Position numbers and translations under genes: made by a program. Below are positions 42,620-52,234 of a stretch of DNA of 64,000 nucleotides, piece by piece; position 1 is the first letter of the stretch; each line of letters opens with the position of its first letter. Below the pieces are notes generated by a model. The model saw only the letters and a program-made list of their open reading frames with translations. It was not told the DNA's origin and searched no databases. The stretch is taken from the NCBI GenBank assembly GCA_903901345.1, contig CAIUQQ010000216.1:3420-67419 (forward strand), given 5' to 3'. This DNA is from an uncultured Bacteroidota bacterium (GTDB lineage Bacteria > Bacteroidota > Bacteroidia > UKL13-3).

Positions 42620-43114
42620 ATGACTTTATCTATTATTGTTGCGACTTCTTTAAATAATGCCATCGGCAAGGATAATCAGCTTTTATGGCATTTACCAGCA
42701 GATTTAAAGTTTTTTAAAACTACTACTATGGGCTGCCCGGTGTTAATGGGACGCAAAACATTTCAATCTATTGGGCGCACTTTACCGGGAAGAAAAAACA
42801 TTGTGATTACAAGAGATTCAAATTTTAATTCAGATAAAGTATTTGATATTATTACAGAACCAAATTTAGATGTTGCGATACAACATTTGCAAAATGAACA
42901 AGAAGTTTTTATTATAGGTGGTGGCGAAATATATAAACAATCTTTATATTTAGTAAATACTATTTATAAAACTATTGTCAATACGACCATTCAAGGTGAT
43001 GTTTACTTTCCTGAAATTGATACTAATCAGTATGAATTAATTTGGGAAGAAAAACACCTTGCTGATGAAAAAAATAAAATGGATTACACTTTTCAAAAAT
43101 ATATAAAACGATGA
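42620..43114 (+). CDS. folA: Dihydrofolate reductase
   Basis: IIVATSLNNAIGKDNQLLWHLPADLKFFKTTTMG...MGRKTF is the classic DHFR N-terminus. Length 164 aa. Confidence 0.92.
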   Translation: MTLSIIVATSLNNAIGKDNQLLWHLPADLKFFKTTTMGCPVLMGRKTFQSIGRTLPGRKNIVITRDSNFNSDKVFDIITEPNLDVAIQHLQNEQEVFIIGGGEIYKQSLYLVNTIYKTIVNTTIQGDVYFPEIDTNQYELIWEEKHLADEKNKMDYTFQKYIKR

Positions 43115-43806
43115 GCGATATAAAAATTGAACATATTTTATTTATTGATATTGAAACAGCCCCTGTTCAATATCAATACAGTGAACTTTCTGAAACCACT
43201 AAAGATTTGTGGGATAAAAAAATGATGTATGTAAAAGATACATCACCTGAAGAGCATTATGCTAAAGCTGGTATTTTTGCTGAATTTGCAAAGGTAGTAT
43301 GTATTGGATTAGGATTTATGAGTCAGGGAAAATTCAGAACCAAAGCTATTGCTGGAGAAAATGAAAAAGATATTTTAATTGAGTTTTCAAAATTGATGCA
43401 AACGCATTTTTATAAAGAAGAACATTTTTTATGTGCACATAATGGTAAAGAATTTGATTACCCGTTTTTATGCAGACGTTTATTGGTAAATCAACTCCCT
43501 TTACCTAAACTTCTTCAAATACAAGGCTTTAAGCCATGGAATGTTAAGCATTTAGATACTATGGAAATGTGGCGTTTCGGAGATATTAAAAATTTTACTT
43601 CACTTAATTTACTAGCTCATATCTTTAATATTCCTTCACCTAAAGATGACATTGATGGAAGTCAAATAGCGCAGGTATTTTATGAAGAAAAAAACATTGA
43701 ACGTATTAAAACTTATTGCATAAAAGATGTTGTGACGCTTATTCGCATTTATCAATGTTTAAAAGGATTAGCACCAATACAAGATGAAGATATAGTTTAT
43801 GCATAG
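43111..43806 (+). CDS. Predicted RNase-H-fold 3'-5' exonuclease (PolB-exonuclease-like)
   Basis: LFIDIETAP (Exo I DxE) and a later H..D motif. Overlaps the folA stop by 4 nt (ATGA), which indicates translational coupling. Confidence 0.6.
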   Translation: MSDIKIEHILFIDIETAPVQYQYSELSETTKDLWDKKMMYVKDTSPEEHYAKAGIFAEFAKVVCIGLGFMSQGKFRTKAIAGENEKDILIEFSKLMQTHFYKEEHFLCAHNGKEFDYPFLCRRLLVNQLPLPKLLQIQGFKPWNVKHLDTMEMWRFGDIKNFTSLNLLAHIFNIPSPKDDIDGSQIAQVFYEEKNIERIKTYCIKDVVTLIRIYQCLKGLAPIQDEDIVYA

Positions 43807-43906
43807 TAAATTATATCTTATAAATTATAATTACAGATAATTTAAAGTATAATTATCCGTGATCTCTGCAAAAGAAAACTAAAACCTTTGTGGTTAAAAC
43901 TAAAAA

Positions 43907-44905
43907 ATGACAAATCAAAAAAATATAGCCGTTATAGGAAGTGGAAGTTGGGCAACCGCTATCGTGAAAATTTTATGTAATAATTCTGATTCAGTTAATT
44001 GGTATTATCGCAACCAAGCGGATGTAGATTTTGTAAAAAAATACAAGCATAATCCACGTTATTTAAGTTCCGTTAGTTTCGACTTAGGTAAATTGAATCT
44101 ATCATCTAATTTACAAGAAACCATTGAAAAGGCTGATATCATTATATTAGCAGTTCCTTCTGCTTTTATAAATGATACCTTAAAAAACATATCAATCGAA
44201 TCTTTTAAACATAAAACTATTTTCTCCGCCATTAAAGGTATTGTTCCCGAATATAATTTGATTGTTGGTGAATACTTAAATACAGTTTATCAAATTCCTT
44301 TGGATAGCATAGGTGTAATTACAGGTCCTTGTCACGCAGAAGAAGTAGCACTTGAGAAGCTATCTTATTTAACCATCGCATCACGCGATGTTTCTAAAGC
44401 TGACGAATTATGTACCTTTATGCGTTGTAGATATATCAAATGCTCAAGCAGTGATGATATTTATGGAACCGAAATATCGGCAGTACTTAAAAATGTAATT
44501 GCGGTTGCAGGTGGTATATGTCACGGATTAGGTTATGGAGATAATTTTTTATCAGTACTGGTTAGTAATGCAATACAAGAAATAGATCGCTTTGTTGCTG
44601 CTGTTCATCCTATAGAAAGGGATACGAAGGCATCGGCCTATTTAGGTGATTTATTAGTAACAGCCTATTCCCAATTTAGTCGCAATAGAACCTTTGGAAC
44701 GATGCTTGGAAAAGGTTATAGTGTTAAGAATGCGCAATTGGAAATGAATATGGTTGCAGAAGGTTATTATGCTGTAAAATGTGTGTGCGAAATCAATAAA
44801 AAATATAATGTGTTTATGCCTATAACGAATGCGGTTAATAATATAATATACAATCATAAAGATGCTAAAACGGAAATGGAATTACTAGCTGAACAACTTA
44901 GTTAA
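43907..44905 (+). CDS. gpsA: NAD(P)H-dependent glycerol-3-phosphate dehydrogenase
   Basis: IAVIGSGSWATAIV Rossmann motif, and GPCHAEEVA and VLKNVIAVAGG motifs. Confidence 0.9.
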   Translation: MTNQKNIAVIGSGSWATAIVKILCNNSDSVNWYYRNQADVDFVKKYKHNPRYLSSVSFDLGKLNLSSNLQETIEKADIIILAVPSAFINDTLKNISIESFKHKTIFSAIKGIVPEYNLIVGEYLNTVYQIPLDSIGVITGPCHAEEVALEKLSYLTIASRDVSKADELCTFMRCRYIKCSSSDDIYGTEISAVLKNVIAVAGGICHGLGYGDNFLSVLVSNAIQEIDRFVAAVHPIERDTKASAYLGDLLVTAYSQFSRNRTFGTMLGKGYSVKNAQLEMNMVAEGYYAVKCVCEINKKYNVFMPITNAVNNIIYNHKDAKTEMELLAEQLS

Positions 44906-44976
44906 TATTTGATTGATTTTAAAACGATATGCACTTATTATATTTGACTTCTAACTATTTAAAATAACAACATAAA

Positions 44977-46935
44977 TTAAATACCCAGTTTTTTAATACA
45001 TTTCCAAATGATGATCAAATCTTTTTCGATACTATAGTCTTTAGCATATCGTAAATTGATTAATTTGGTTTTAGAATTATCTTCTTCTTTAGCAAATAAA
45101 CAAATAGGCGATAATATAGAACGTTTTATTTCCGGTAATGATTTATCTGACACTCTACCATAACCAACCCATGAATAAAATCCAAACAATACGTTAAAAA
45201 TATTAATAAAGAAATGCATTTTTTGTTCTTGTATAAAAAACAAAACTGGACTCAGTATCAAAATAAGAATACTCATAACAATATCAAGTAAGCGTTTATT
45301 CCGTTTGTTCTTTGGTTTAGTAATACTATTGACATCAATCATATACAAATCCCCTGCAGTATCAATGCTATTACTACCTATAATAGAAAGGCTTTCGGGA
45401 GGTGCAATTTTAAAATCAACACCGCTTGATACTAACGTTAACATATTATTGATAATAAATTGAGAAGAAATATCTTTCGCACAAAAAATAATTTCGTTGA
45501 TGTGGTGAATATTAATAATCTCTATTATTTGATTTATTTTTCCAATATATGATTGGTTGTTACCAGTATAACTTTCAATACTCACAAAACCGACAAACGA
45601 TGGATTAATATGAGTTTCCTTTAATAGTTGATTTACTCGAATACACTCTGCTTCTTCACCAATAATTGCAATACGTTTTGTTTTAGCAGAACTCAAACTA
45701 TACGATTTTAACTTTAATAAATGAAAAGCAAATCGAAGTATTAAAAAACTAAATAAAGCCCAACTTGTGCCTAATAAAATTAAAGCCCTCGAAAACCTCA
45801 TTGATTCTGGTAATAACGAGTAACCCATCAAAATAAAAACCGTTCCAATTAAAATACCTCTTCCTATCTTTACCAATTTAATGGGCTTATCGTAGCCCCC
45901 ATTAAAGTATACCATCACTACCCAAACAATTGCGTATAAAGGAAAGGCTACACTTAATAATTTTTCGGAATAAATATTTTCATTAAAACCAGTTCGCTGT
46001 TGATATATGTTTTTAATTAAAAATAAACCGGCTGTAATTAAACTAAAATCTATGATTGGAACAGTAAAGCTTTTCAAAAACCTTGATATCATTGCTAGTC
46101 CTGCTTTCAAAACTATAGCAAAATGAATTAAAAAATTAAACCAAAAAGCATTAGAACCGCTAAAATGTTTGTTACTAAAAATAGCCATAGCTTTGTAAAA
46201 AATAACCACATAATTTAAACTACTACGCTTTGTACTTTCACCCTTGTAATGGATAATTTGTGTTTCAGGAAAATAATAATTCTTAAATCCTGCCTTTGTT
46301 ATTCGATAAGATAAATCAATATCCTCTCCATACATAAAAAAAGTTTCATCCAATAATCCAATTTTATTTAGCACTGTTTTACGCATAAGCATGAAGGCGC
46401 CACTGATAACATCAATTTCATTTATTGCATTCTCGGGTAAATAAGTCAAATGATATTTACCAAACTTTTTGGAATGAGGAAAAAATTTTGCTAAGGCAAA
46501 CATTTTATAAAATGCCACTGCAGGCGTTGGCAGTCCTCGCTTGGATTCTGGAGCAAAATTTCCTTGTCCATCAAGCATCTTCACTCCTAGCCCACCGGCA
46601 TCAGAATTGGCGTCCATAAAAGCTATTGTCTTTGTGAAGGTGTCTTCTTGAACAACTGTATCAGGGTTGAGTAACAAAACGTATTCACCTTTGGCTAACT
46701 TGATTGCTTGATTATTAGCTACCGAAAAACCTGAATTGAATTTATTTTCAATTAAAATAACATCAGGAAATTTATCTTTTATTAAAGTAACCGATCCATC
46801 TACAGAATTATTATCTACAACAAATATTTCACAAGGAAATGTTTCAGATGCCTTTAGGACTGAAAATAAACATTGCTCAATAAAATGCTTTACATTATAG
46901 TTAACAATAATAACAGATAGTTTTACCACAGACAT
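44977..46935 (-). CDS. Family-2 glycosyltransferase fused to a multi-TM region and a degenerate C-terminal polyprenyl-phosphate sugar-transferase-like segment
   Basis: LSVIIVNYNVKHF...VVDNNSVDGS and DxD GT2 motifs. C-terminal KRLLDIVMSILILILSPVLF and YAKDYSIEKDLIIIWKCI resemble the two ends of the bacterial sugar-transferase domain, with the catalytic middle missing. Confidence 0.7.
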   Translation of the reverse strand: MSVVKLSVIIVNYNVKHFIEQCLFSVLKASETFPCEIFVVDNNSVDGSVTLIKDKFPDVILIENKFNSGFSVANNQAIKLAKGEYVLLLNPDTVVQEDTFTKTIAFMDANSDAGGLGVKMLDGQGNFAPESKRGLPTPAVAFYKMFALAKFFPHSKKFGKYHLTYLPENAINEIDVISGAFMLMRKTVLNKIGLLDETFFMYGEDIDLSYRITKAGFKNYYFPETQIIHYKGESTKRSSLNYVVIFYKAMAIFSNKHFSGSNAFWFNFLIHFAIVLKAGLAMISRFLKSFTVPIIDFSLITAGLFLIKNIYQQRTGFNENIYSEKLLSVAFPLYAIVWVVMVYFNGGYDKPIKLVKIGRGILIGTVFILMGYSLLPESMRFSRALILLGTSWALFSFLILRFAFHLLKLKSYSLSSAKTKRIAIIGEEAECIRVNQLLKETHINPSFVGFVSIESYTGNNQSYIGKINQIIEIINIHHINEIIFCAKDISSQFIINNMLTLVSSGVDFKIAPPESLSIIGSNSIDTAGDLYMIDVNSITKPKNKRNKRLLDIVMSILILILSPVLFFIQEQKMHFFINIFNVLFGFYSWVGYGRVSDKSLPEIKRSILSPICLFAKEEDNSKTKLINLRYAKDYSIEKDLIIIWKCIKKLGI

Positions 46936-47060
46936 AGAGCGCTAAAAATACCAAAATATTGCCAAAATAGAAGAATTTTAAAAAGTATCGATTAGTTCAA
47001 AAAAAAATGCTAAATTCGCGTTCCAATTTTTACTTAATTTTAATTGCTAAAGTAAATACT

Positions 47061-47134
47061 GGCCCCGTAGCTCAGCTGGATAGAGCAACAGCCTTCTAAG
47101 CTGTGGGCCATTGGTTCGAATCCAATCGGGGTCA
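47061..47134 (+). tRNA. tRNA-Arg (anticodon TCT)
   Basis: Manual cloverleaf: acceptor GGCCCCG/CGGGGTC; D-arm GCTC-AGCTGGATA-GAGC; anticodon arm ACAGC-CTTCTAA-GCTGT; T-arm ATTGG-TTCGAAT-CCAAT; discriminator A. No encoded CCA. Confidence 0.9.
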
Positions 47135-47150
47135 CGATTAAACAACTAAA

Positions 47151-47184
47151 AAGCCTGTAAATCAATAGATTACAGGCTTTTTTC
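47151..47184 (+). terminator. Intrinsic terminator of the tRNA-Arg gene
   Basis: Perfect 10-bp inverted repeat AAGCCTGTAA...TTACAGGCTT followed by TTTTT. Confidence 0.75.
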
Positions 47185-47285
47185 ATAAAGAGGGTAAACA
47201 TAGGGTAAACATTTCGTTTTTTCCTCTCATAACGCTCACTTACTTTAATTTTCACAAGCACATAATTCATCTATGCTTATACTAT
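47170..47285 (+). promoter_or_regulatory. Repeated regulatory module, copy A: terminator 3' half, tandem direct repeat AGGGTAAACAT x2, conserved box CTCACTTACTTTAATTTTC (possible -7 promoter element)
   Basis: Shares roughly 110 nt with the second copy at 51.15 kb. The tandem decamers sit at 47191-47212 and the conserved box at 47236-47254. Confidence 0.4.
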
Positions 47286-47573
47286 GGATAATTTATGTAC
47301 TTACTATAAATACTATTTACTTTTTGATACGAAGTGTTAGCAAGTAATGCAAACGCAACGGATTAGTTAAGGACTTGAGATGGAGATATTTTAGGAGATA
47401 AAACTCAGATATTTACTATGGAGTTTTTTAATATTACATAAATTTCAGAGTAATTTATGTATTTTAGTTCTGCGATATACAAATTTATTGAAAGGTAAAG
47501 TATAGAAATAAAGTTGGTGCATATAGAAGAAGTTTGAAACATAAAGAATTAGCTAAAATTAAAAACATAGATC

Positions 47574-48551
47574 ATGAAACACAATAATTCAGATTATAAA
47601 AAAACATTTTATTACTGGCCTTTTATAGAAAATAATGTAATTGTAGCAACGCTCAAATACCCAAACTCTTTAGTAGATTATATAGAAAATTTGATTTTTG
47701 ATGTTATTGAAAAAAGAAACCTTATTGAAAAAAGAATTGTTTTCCTTGTTGACAATTTATGGACAAAACAGTTATTGCAAAGTTTATTGTTATGTCGTAA
47801 GGTTATAGATAACGATAATAATATTTTAAATACAACTAATCAAATTACTATTGTTGAAATAACAAATGATTTTGATAATGTAATTTATAAATCTATTGGC
47901 GGCAACATTAATGAAATTATTTATGAAGCAGATACATTTATTCTTATTGATTTTAATGTTTTAATGAATGATAGCAATGAACTTCTTGAACGATTAAGAG
48001 TTTATTGGAAAAATAAATTATGGATTGGAGTAGGACTAAATAATGAAAAAGACACTATTAGATTATTAAGTTTTGGCGAAGAATACATAAACTATTTGCC
48101 AGATTCCCCAGAAACGTTTGAAGGATTTGTAAATGAAGATGTATTAAAGGGGATAGAAAATATTTTAGTATCATTAGGTGATAATGAAGACTCTGGTATA
48201 TTTTCTAAACACTTTTATGGTGAGATTTTTACAGAAGAAAATGACTATACTTTAGCAATAGGAACGAGTGATTTGGTTGAGTGTGAATACGAAGAAGAAG
48301 ATGGCGAAAATGATGAAAACTATGGTGATGATGAAAAATCTTTTTGCGTTGCTATTTTAATTACTAAATATAAATTAGAGCTTTCAATAGAATTACAAGA
48401 TTATGATTGGGATGGCACAGTCTATTTGAATTATAAAATTGACTTTGAAAGTGATATTTATGAAGAAGGCGATATTGGAAAGATAGACGATTTGGTTGAA
48501 GAAATTTGCGAACGAATTAATTCTCAGAAAATAAATGTTCGATTATCTTAA
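47574..48551 (+). CDS. Hypothetical acidic protein (325 aa, D/E-rich C-terminal half)
   Basis: Long ORF at about 27% GC with no recognisable family. First gene after copy A of the module. Confidence 0.5.
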   Translation: MKHNNSDYKKTFYYWPFIENNVIVATLKYPNSLVDYIENLIFDVIEKRNLIEKRIVFLVDNLWTKQLLQSLLLCRKVIDNDNNILNTTNQITIVEITNDFDNVIYKSIGGNINEIIYEADTFILIDFNVLMNDSNELLERLRVYWKNKLWIGVGLNNEKDTIRLLSFGEEYINYLPDSPETFEGFVNEDVLKGIENILVSLGDNEDSGIFSKHFYGEIFTEENDYTLAIGTSDLVECEYEEEDGENDENYGDDEKSFCVAILITKYKLELSIELQDYDWDGTVYLNYKIDFESDIYEEGDIGKIDDLVEEICERINSQKINVRLS

Positions 48552-48662
48552 TATTACATAGGATTGAAACATACAGTGATTGAGTCAGTTTGGTGTATTA
48601 TTAAATTTATAAAAACTAAAAAACTAGCGATTTCGGATTATTAATATTTCAATAAAATTAAG

Positions 48663-49220
48663 ATGGGTGAAAAAGAAAAATACTTTGAAGAGCTAAATAT
48701 TAGCTTCGAAAAGTACCTCAAAACAAAAAGTATATATTCCTTCAAGCAAGTCAAAGGCAAAATGAAGGAGGGCGAGAATAAGTATAAATTTATTTTTAGA
48801 GATTACTATTGGTGGCATCCAAAATGGAGTGTGGCAGATTTTGAAAAATCACTTTCCGATGACGTTAAATTGTTAAAGAGTTTGTGGTCAAAATGGCGAA
48901 AAGTGCATAGAAGTTATGAGGATATGGTATTAAGCAATGAATTATATGCTTTGCATTACCAAGTGTCTTTAAATTTAACAAAAAAATGCGAACACAAATT
49001 TAAAAATGGCAAATATTATTTGGTAAAATCCAACAATAGAGTGTACTTGCATTTTGCTGAATTATTTATTGAATCAGAAAAAAAAATAGCCAGTTCAAGG
49101 CCCGAACCCACAGTAAAATCTAAACCCAAGAAATTTGATGATATCAGGGAATATGCCAAACAACTAAAAAGAGAGATTAGACCAAAAAAACGATTTGATG
49201 TCAGGCTACTCGAAGTTTAA
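48663..49220 (+). CDS. Hypothetical basic protein (185 aa)
   Basis: ORF with a Lys/Arg-rich C-terminus and no known motif. Confidence 0.45.
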   Translation: MGEKEKYFEELNISFEKYLKTKSIYSFKQVKGKMKEGENKYKFIFRDYYWWHPKWSVADFEKSLSDDVKLLKSLWSKWRKVHRSYEDMVLSNELYALHYQVSLNLTKKCEHKFKNGKYYLVKSNNRVYLHFAELFIESEKKIASSRPEPTVKSKPKKFDDIREYAKQLKREIRPKKRFDVRLLEV

Positions 49221-49247
49221 TACGATTATATAAATAAGCCAAAGAAA

Positions 49248-49466
49248 ATGGATGAAGTAGTTAAAAACGAGTTATCAAAATTAAATATGTATGAGGTTAT
49301 TTGCGCTGATGCATTAAGTCAATTACATTTAAATAACCCACAACAATTGGTGGACTTTGAAAAAGATAAAATTATATCATTGTTAAAAAGAATGTTTGAT
49401 GCAGAGAGAGAATACTTAATTGATGAATCTGATGATTATTTAGAAATTTATAAAGAAGAAATTTAA
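49248..49466 (+). CDS. Hypothetical small acidic protein (72 aa)
   Basis: Short ORF closely spaced inside the operon. Confidence 0.35.
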   Translation: MDEVVKNELSKLNMYEVICADALSQLHLNNPQQLVDFEKDKIISLLKRMFDAEREYLIDESDDYLEIYKEEI

Positions 49467-49488
49467 TTTAACTTATTCATCCTTACAA

Positions 49489-50454
49489 ATGGACAACATA
49501 AAAAAAATATTAAAGTCAAAATTAAATTGTGAATCTGTAAATTCTGAAATAGTAGAATTTGATAATGATAATGATTTTCTTCCTAAAAGAGGTAAAATAA
49601 AATTTGATTTTGTAATCAAAAACAATAATAAAATTGAGGCATTAGGTTTAAAAGTTCAGGAAACAGACCTTGACAGTTATGTAAAAGGAATTATTGAAAA
49701 AATACCAAATAATTTTGAATACCCCGTCTTTTATATATCATCAATTAATAATAGCGGTTTATTAACCAGGAATTTGTATTCTTCAGAAAAAATAATGAAT
49801 TTATCAAAGAGACCTGAATATGACATTTTTGAAAACCGTGATGTAATTTATTATGACCATTTAGATAAATTAATATTTGATATTAAAGACCTTTGCAAGG
49901 ACTTAATGAATGAAGAAGATTTTGAATTTCGTGAATTAGCAAGAGAAGTTAAAAATCTACAATGGAAATTAAAGGATAGCGAAAAAAAATATATCAACGA
50001 GAATAATAGTTTAAAGTCAGAAAATAACTATCAAAAAGAAAAGTTAGAAAAACTTGAAATAAAGATTAACAAATACATTAAAACTGATAAAACAAAAACT
50101 ATGTTTGCTATTAGTAATTGTTTGTTTATAACAGAACTAAAAGGAGCAATAAAAAAACTAAAGCTCCCGGAAAGTAATGAAATTAAGTCTGATATAAAAA
50201 CTGGTTACGGATATAATGAAAAATATTCAGTTACAAATTTCATTGATAATAATCATTTTGAATTTTATTTAGGTAATATATCAAATAAATTTTATTTAGT
50301 TCTAGAATCTTATACATGGGTTGCTGAATATAGTAGCAATGTACCCACTACTAATTATTATTATTGTTATGATGATATAAACAATCATTTTACTCTAGTT
50401 AATGGAAATGAGGTAGAGGATATTTTAACATGGATTCCGTTGAAGGATTTTTAA
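49489..50454 (+). CDS. Hypothetical coiled-coil protein (321 aa)
   Basis: Central K/E-rich coiled coil. No family recognised. Confidence 0.45.
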   Translation: MDNIKKILKSKLNCESVNSEIVEFDNDNDFLPKRGKIKFDFVIKNNNKIEALGLKVQETDLDSYVKGIIEKIPNNFEYPVFYISSINNSGLLTRNLYSSEKIMNLSKRPEYDIFENRDVIYYDHLDKLIFDIKDLCKDLMNEEDFEFRELAREVKNLQWKLKDSEKKYINENNSLKSENNYQKEKLEKLEIKINKYIKTDKTKTMFAISNCLFITELKGAIKKLKLPESNEIKSDIKTGYGYNEKYSVTNFIDNNHFEFYLGNISNKFYLVLESYTWVAEYSSNVPTTNYYYCYDDINNHFTLVNGNEVEDILTWIPLKDF

Positions 50455-50570
50455 TTTAATGCTCTTATTATTATAACCTGAAGGTCTTAATTTTATTAGA
50501 TTATATAACAAATCTTTTTTCTAAGGAATATTATTTACCTCGCATCTAAAAATATTTTAAAATTTACATT

Positions 50571-51086
50571 TTGAGTGTTAGTGCAAAAGATATTTTTTAC
50601 TGTATCGCAATTACATTTGTGGTTACATATTGTCCTTCTCTCTATGTCCCTATCCATTTACCATTTGAAGTAAATTTAATTAGTGCTTCTATCTCGATTC
50701 TGAAGTCAATTTTGGAAGAATTTATTTTTCGTTTTTTATTATTAGCCATATGTTGTAATTACTTTGGAATGTTGCAAAGTTTAATAGTATCATCATTACT
50801 TTTTTCATATGCCCATTTTGAATTTAATTGGTTTCAAATAAACTATTTTCTTTTCATTTCAAAATTTACAAGTGGTTTATATTATGGATGGGCATATCTA
50901 TCAACCCGTTCAATAATTGTCCCAATAACTATGCACATTTTGTGGAATATTGCAACTATCCCATTTGAAAAGGTTATTGCGACTGAAACTTCGGTTATCG
51001 AAGTTTATGTTAAAATAACAATTTTGATTTTGGTAGTTATTTATTATAAATATCCAGTAAAGAAGCTTTCTTTAATTCATTATTAA
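50571..51086 (+). CDS. CPBP-family (CAAX/Abi-like) intramembrane glutamic endopeptidase, short form
   Basis: EEFIFRFLLL (EExxxR), FSYAHFEFNW (FxxxH) and MHILWN (HxxxN) motifs within 4-5 TM helices. Probable TTG start. Confidence 0.65.
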   Translation: MSVSAKDIFYCIAITFVVTYCPSLYVPIHLPFEVNLISASISILKSILEEFIFRFLLLAICCNYFGMLQSLIVSSLLFSYAHFEFNWFQINYFLFISKFTSGLYYGWAYLSTRSIIVPITMHILWNIATIPFEKVIATETSVIEVYVKITILILVVIYYKYPVKKLSLIHY

Positions 51087-51147
51087 TAATCTTATATTAC
51101 AATAGAATTCAAATACAATATCAAATAAAATTCCTGATTGAAGAACT

Positions 51148-51270
51148 TTACAGGCTTTTTGATTTAATGGGGGGGAACATAGGGGGAACATTTGAATTGT
51201 TCATTACTTTTTACTCACTTACTTTAATTTTCGTTCACACATACCTTATCCATACCTATGGTATGGTTTA
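51148..51270 (+). promoter_or_regulatory. Repeated regulatory module, copy B: degenerate terminator half TTACAGGCTTTTT, tandem direct repeat GGGGGAACAT x2, conserved box CTCACTTACTTTAATTTTC
   Basis: Aligns with copy A. Both half-sites carry the same TA to GG change relative to copy A. Decamers at 51171-51191 and conserved box at 51214-51232. Confidence 0.4.
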
Positions 51271-51480
51271 TCTATATACAAACTACGTTAAAAACTTTCA
51301 AAATTATACAAAACATGGTGATGTGATGCAATCGCATCACTCCTGATTAAAATGCTTTTTACTTGATATACTTTTGTATAGTCAAACCATTTCTATTCGC
51401 TATATGAATGAAGTTTGATGATTTTGGAGACTGACTGCGCAGCAGTTGACAAAATGTAAATCAATCTAAAAATTAAAAAA

Positions 51481-52230
51481 ATGGCTCAACAAAAAGGCAT
51501 TATAAAGCTAAAAGGAAAAATCGGAGATATTTCCTTTTACAAAACACAAGACGGCCATTTGGCTCGTGAAAAAGGAGGAGTAGATGCTTCACGCATCGCT
51601 AACGATCCTGCTTTTATTCGCACCCGTGAAAATGGTGTAGAATTCGGTTCATCTGCTAGTTCAGGCAAATTGCTAAGAAGTTCATTAAGAAGTATGTTAA
51701 TGACTGCTGGCGATAACAGAGTAACGGCTCGATTAACCAAAACAATGACTGATATTAAAAATTTGGATGCAACATCAGTGCGAGGAAAAAGAACTGTGGG
51801 AATTGCTATTGCTTTAGCGCCAGCTAAAGCGTTGTTAAAAGGTTTTAATTTTAATAATAAGGCAATATTAGGCAGCATCTTATTTAAACCTTATGCAGTA
51901 GCAACAGCCACAGGAATCATTACCATTACAGGACTCGTTCCACTTACTGATATTGCTTTTCCGGAAGGTGCAACGCATGTTAGTTTTAAAAGCTCTTGGG
52001 CAAAGGTGGATTTTACAAATAATGTTTCGGATGTTAAATTATCGAATGTTGTTAATTTGCCAATTAATGCGGTATCGGCTAACGTTGTTTTAACTCCAAC
52101 TGCAGCAGCTGTAGGAACAGGAATAAACTTGTTTGTATTGCAACTGGAGTTTTTTCAATTGGTTAATGCTATTCAGTACACCATGAAAAACGGAACATAC
52201 AATGCGTTATGCATTGTTGAGGTAAGCTAA
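51481..52230 (+). CDS. Hypothetical protein (249 aa, Ala/Thr/Val-rich, beta-rich)
   Basis: First gene after copy B of the module. Composition resembles a phage-structural protein, but no family was recognised. Confidence 0.5.
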   Translation: MAQQKGIIKLKGKIGDISFYKTQDGHLAREKGGVDASRIANDPAFIRTRENGVEFGSSASSGKLLRSSLRSMLMTAGDNRVTARLTKTMTDIKNLDATSVRGKRTVGIAIALAPAKALLKGFNFNNKAILGSILFKPYAVATATGIITITGLVPLTDIAFPEGATHVSFKSSWAKVDFTNNVSDVKLSNVVNLPINAVSANVVLTPTAAAVGTGINLFVLQLEFFQLVNAIQYTMKNGTYNALCIVEVS

Positions 52231-52234
52231 ACAG

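Noticed and set aside
47040-47270. 76-aa minus-strand ORF overlapping tRNA-Arg
   Set aside because: It covers the tRNA gene and its terminator. ORFs across tRNA genes are classic artefacts.
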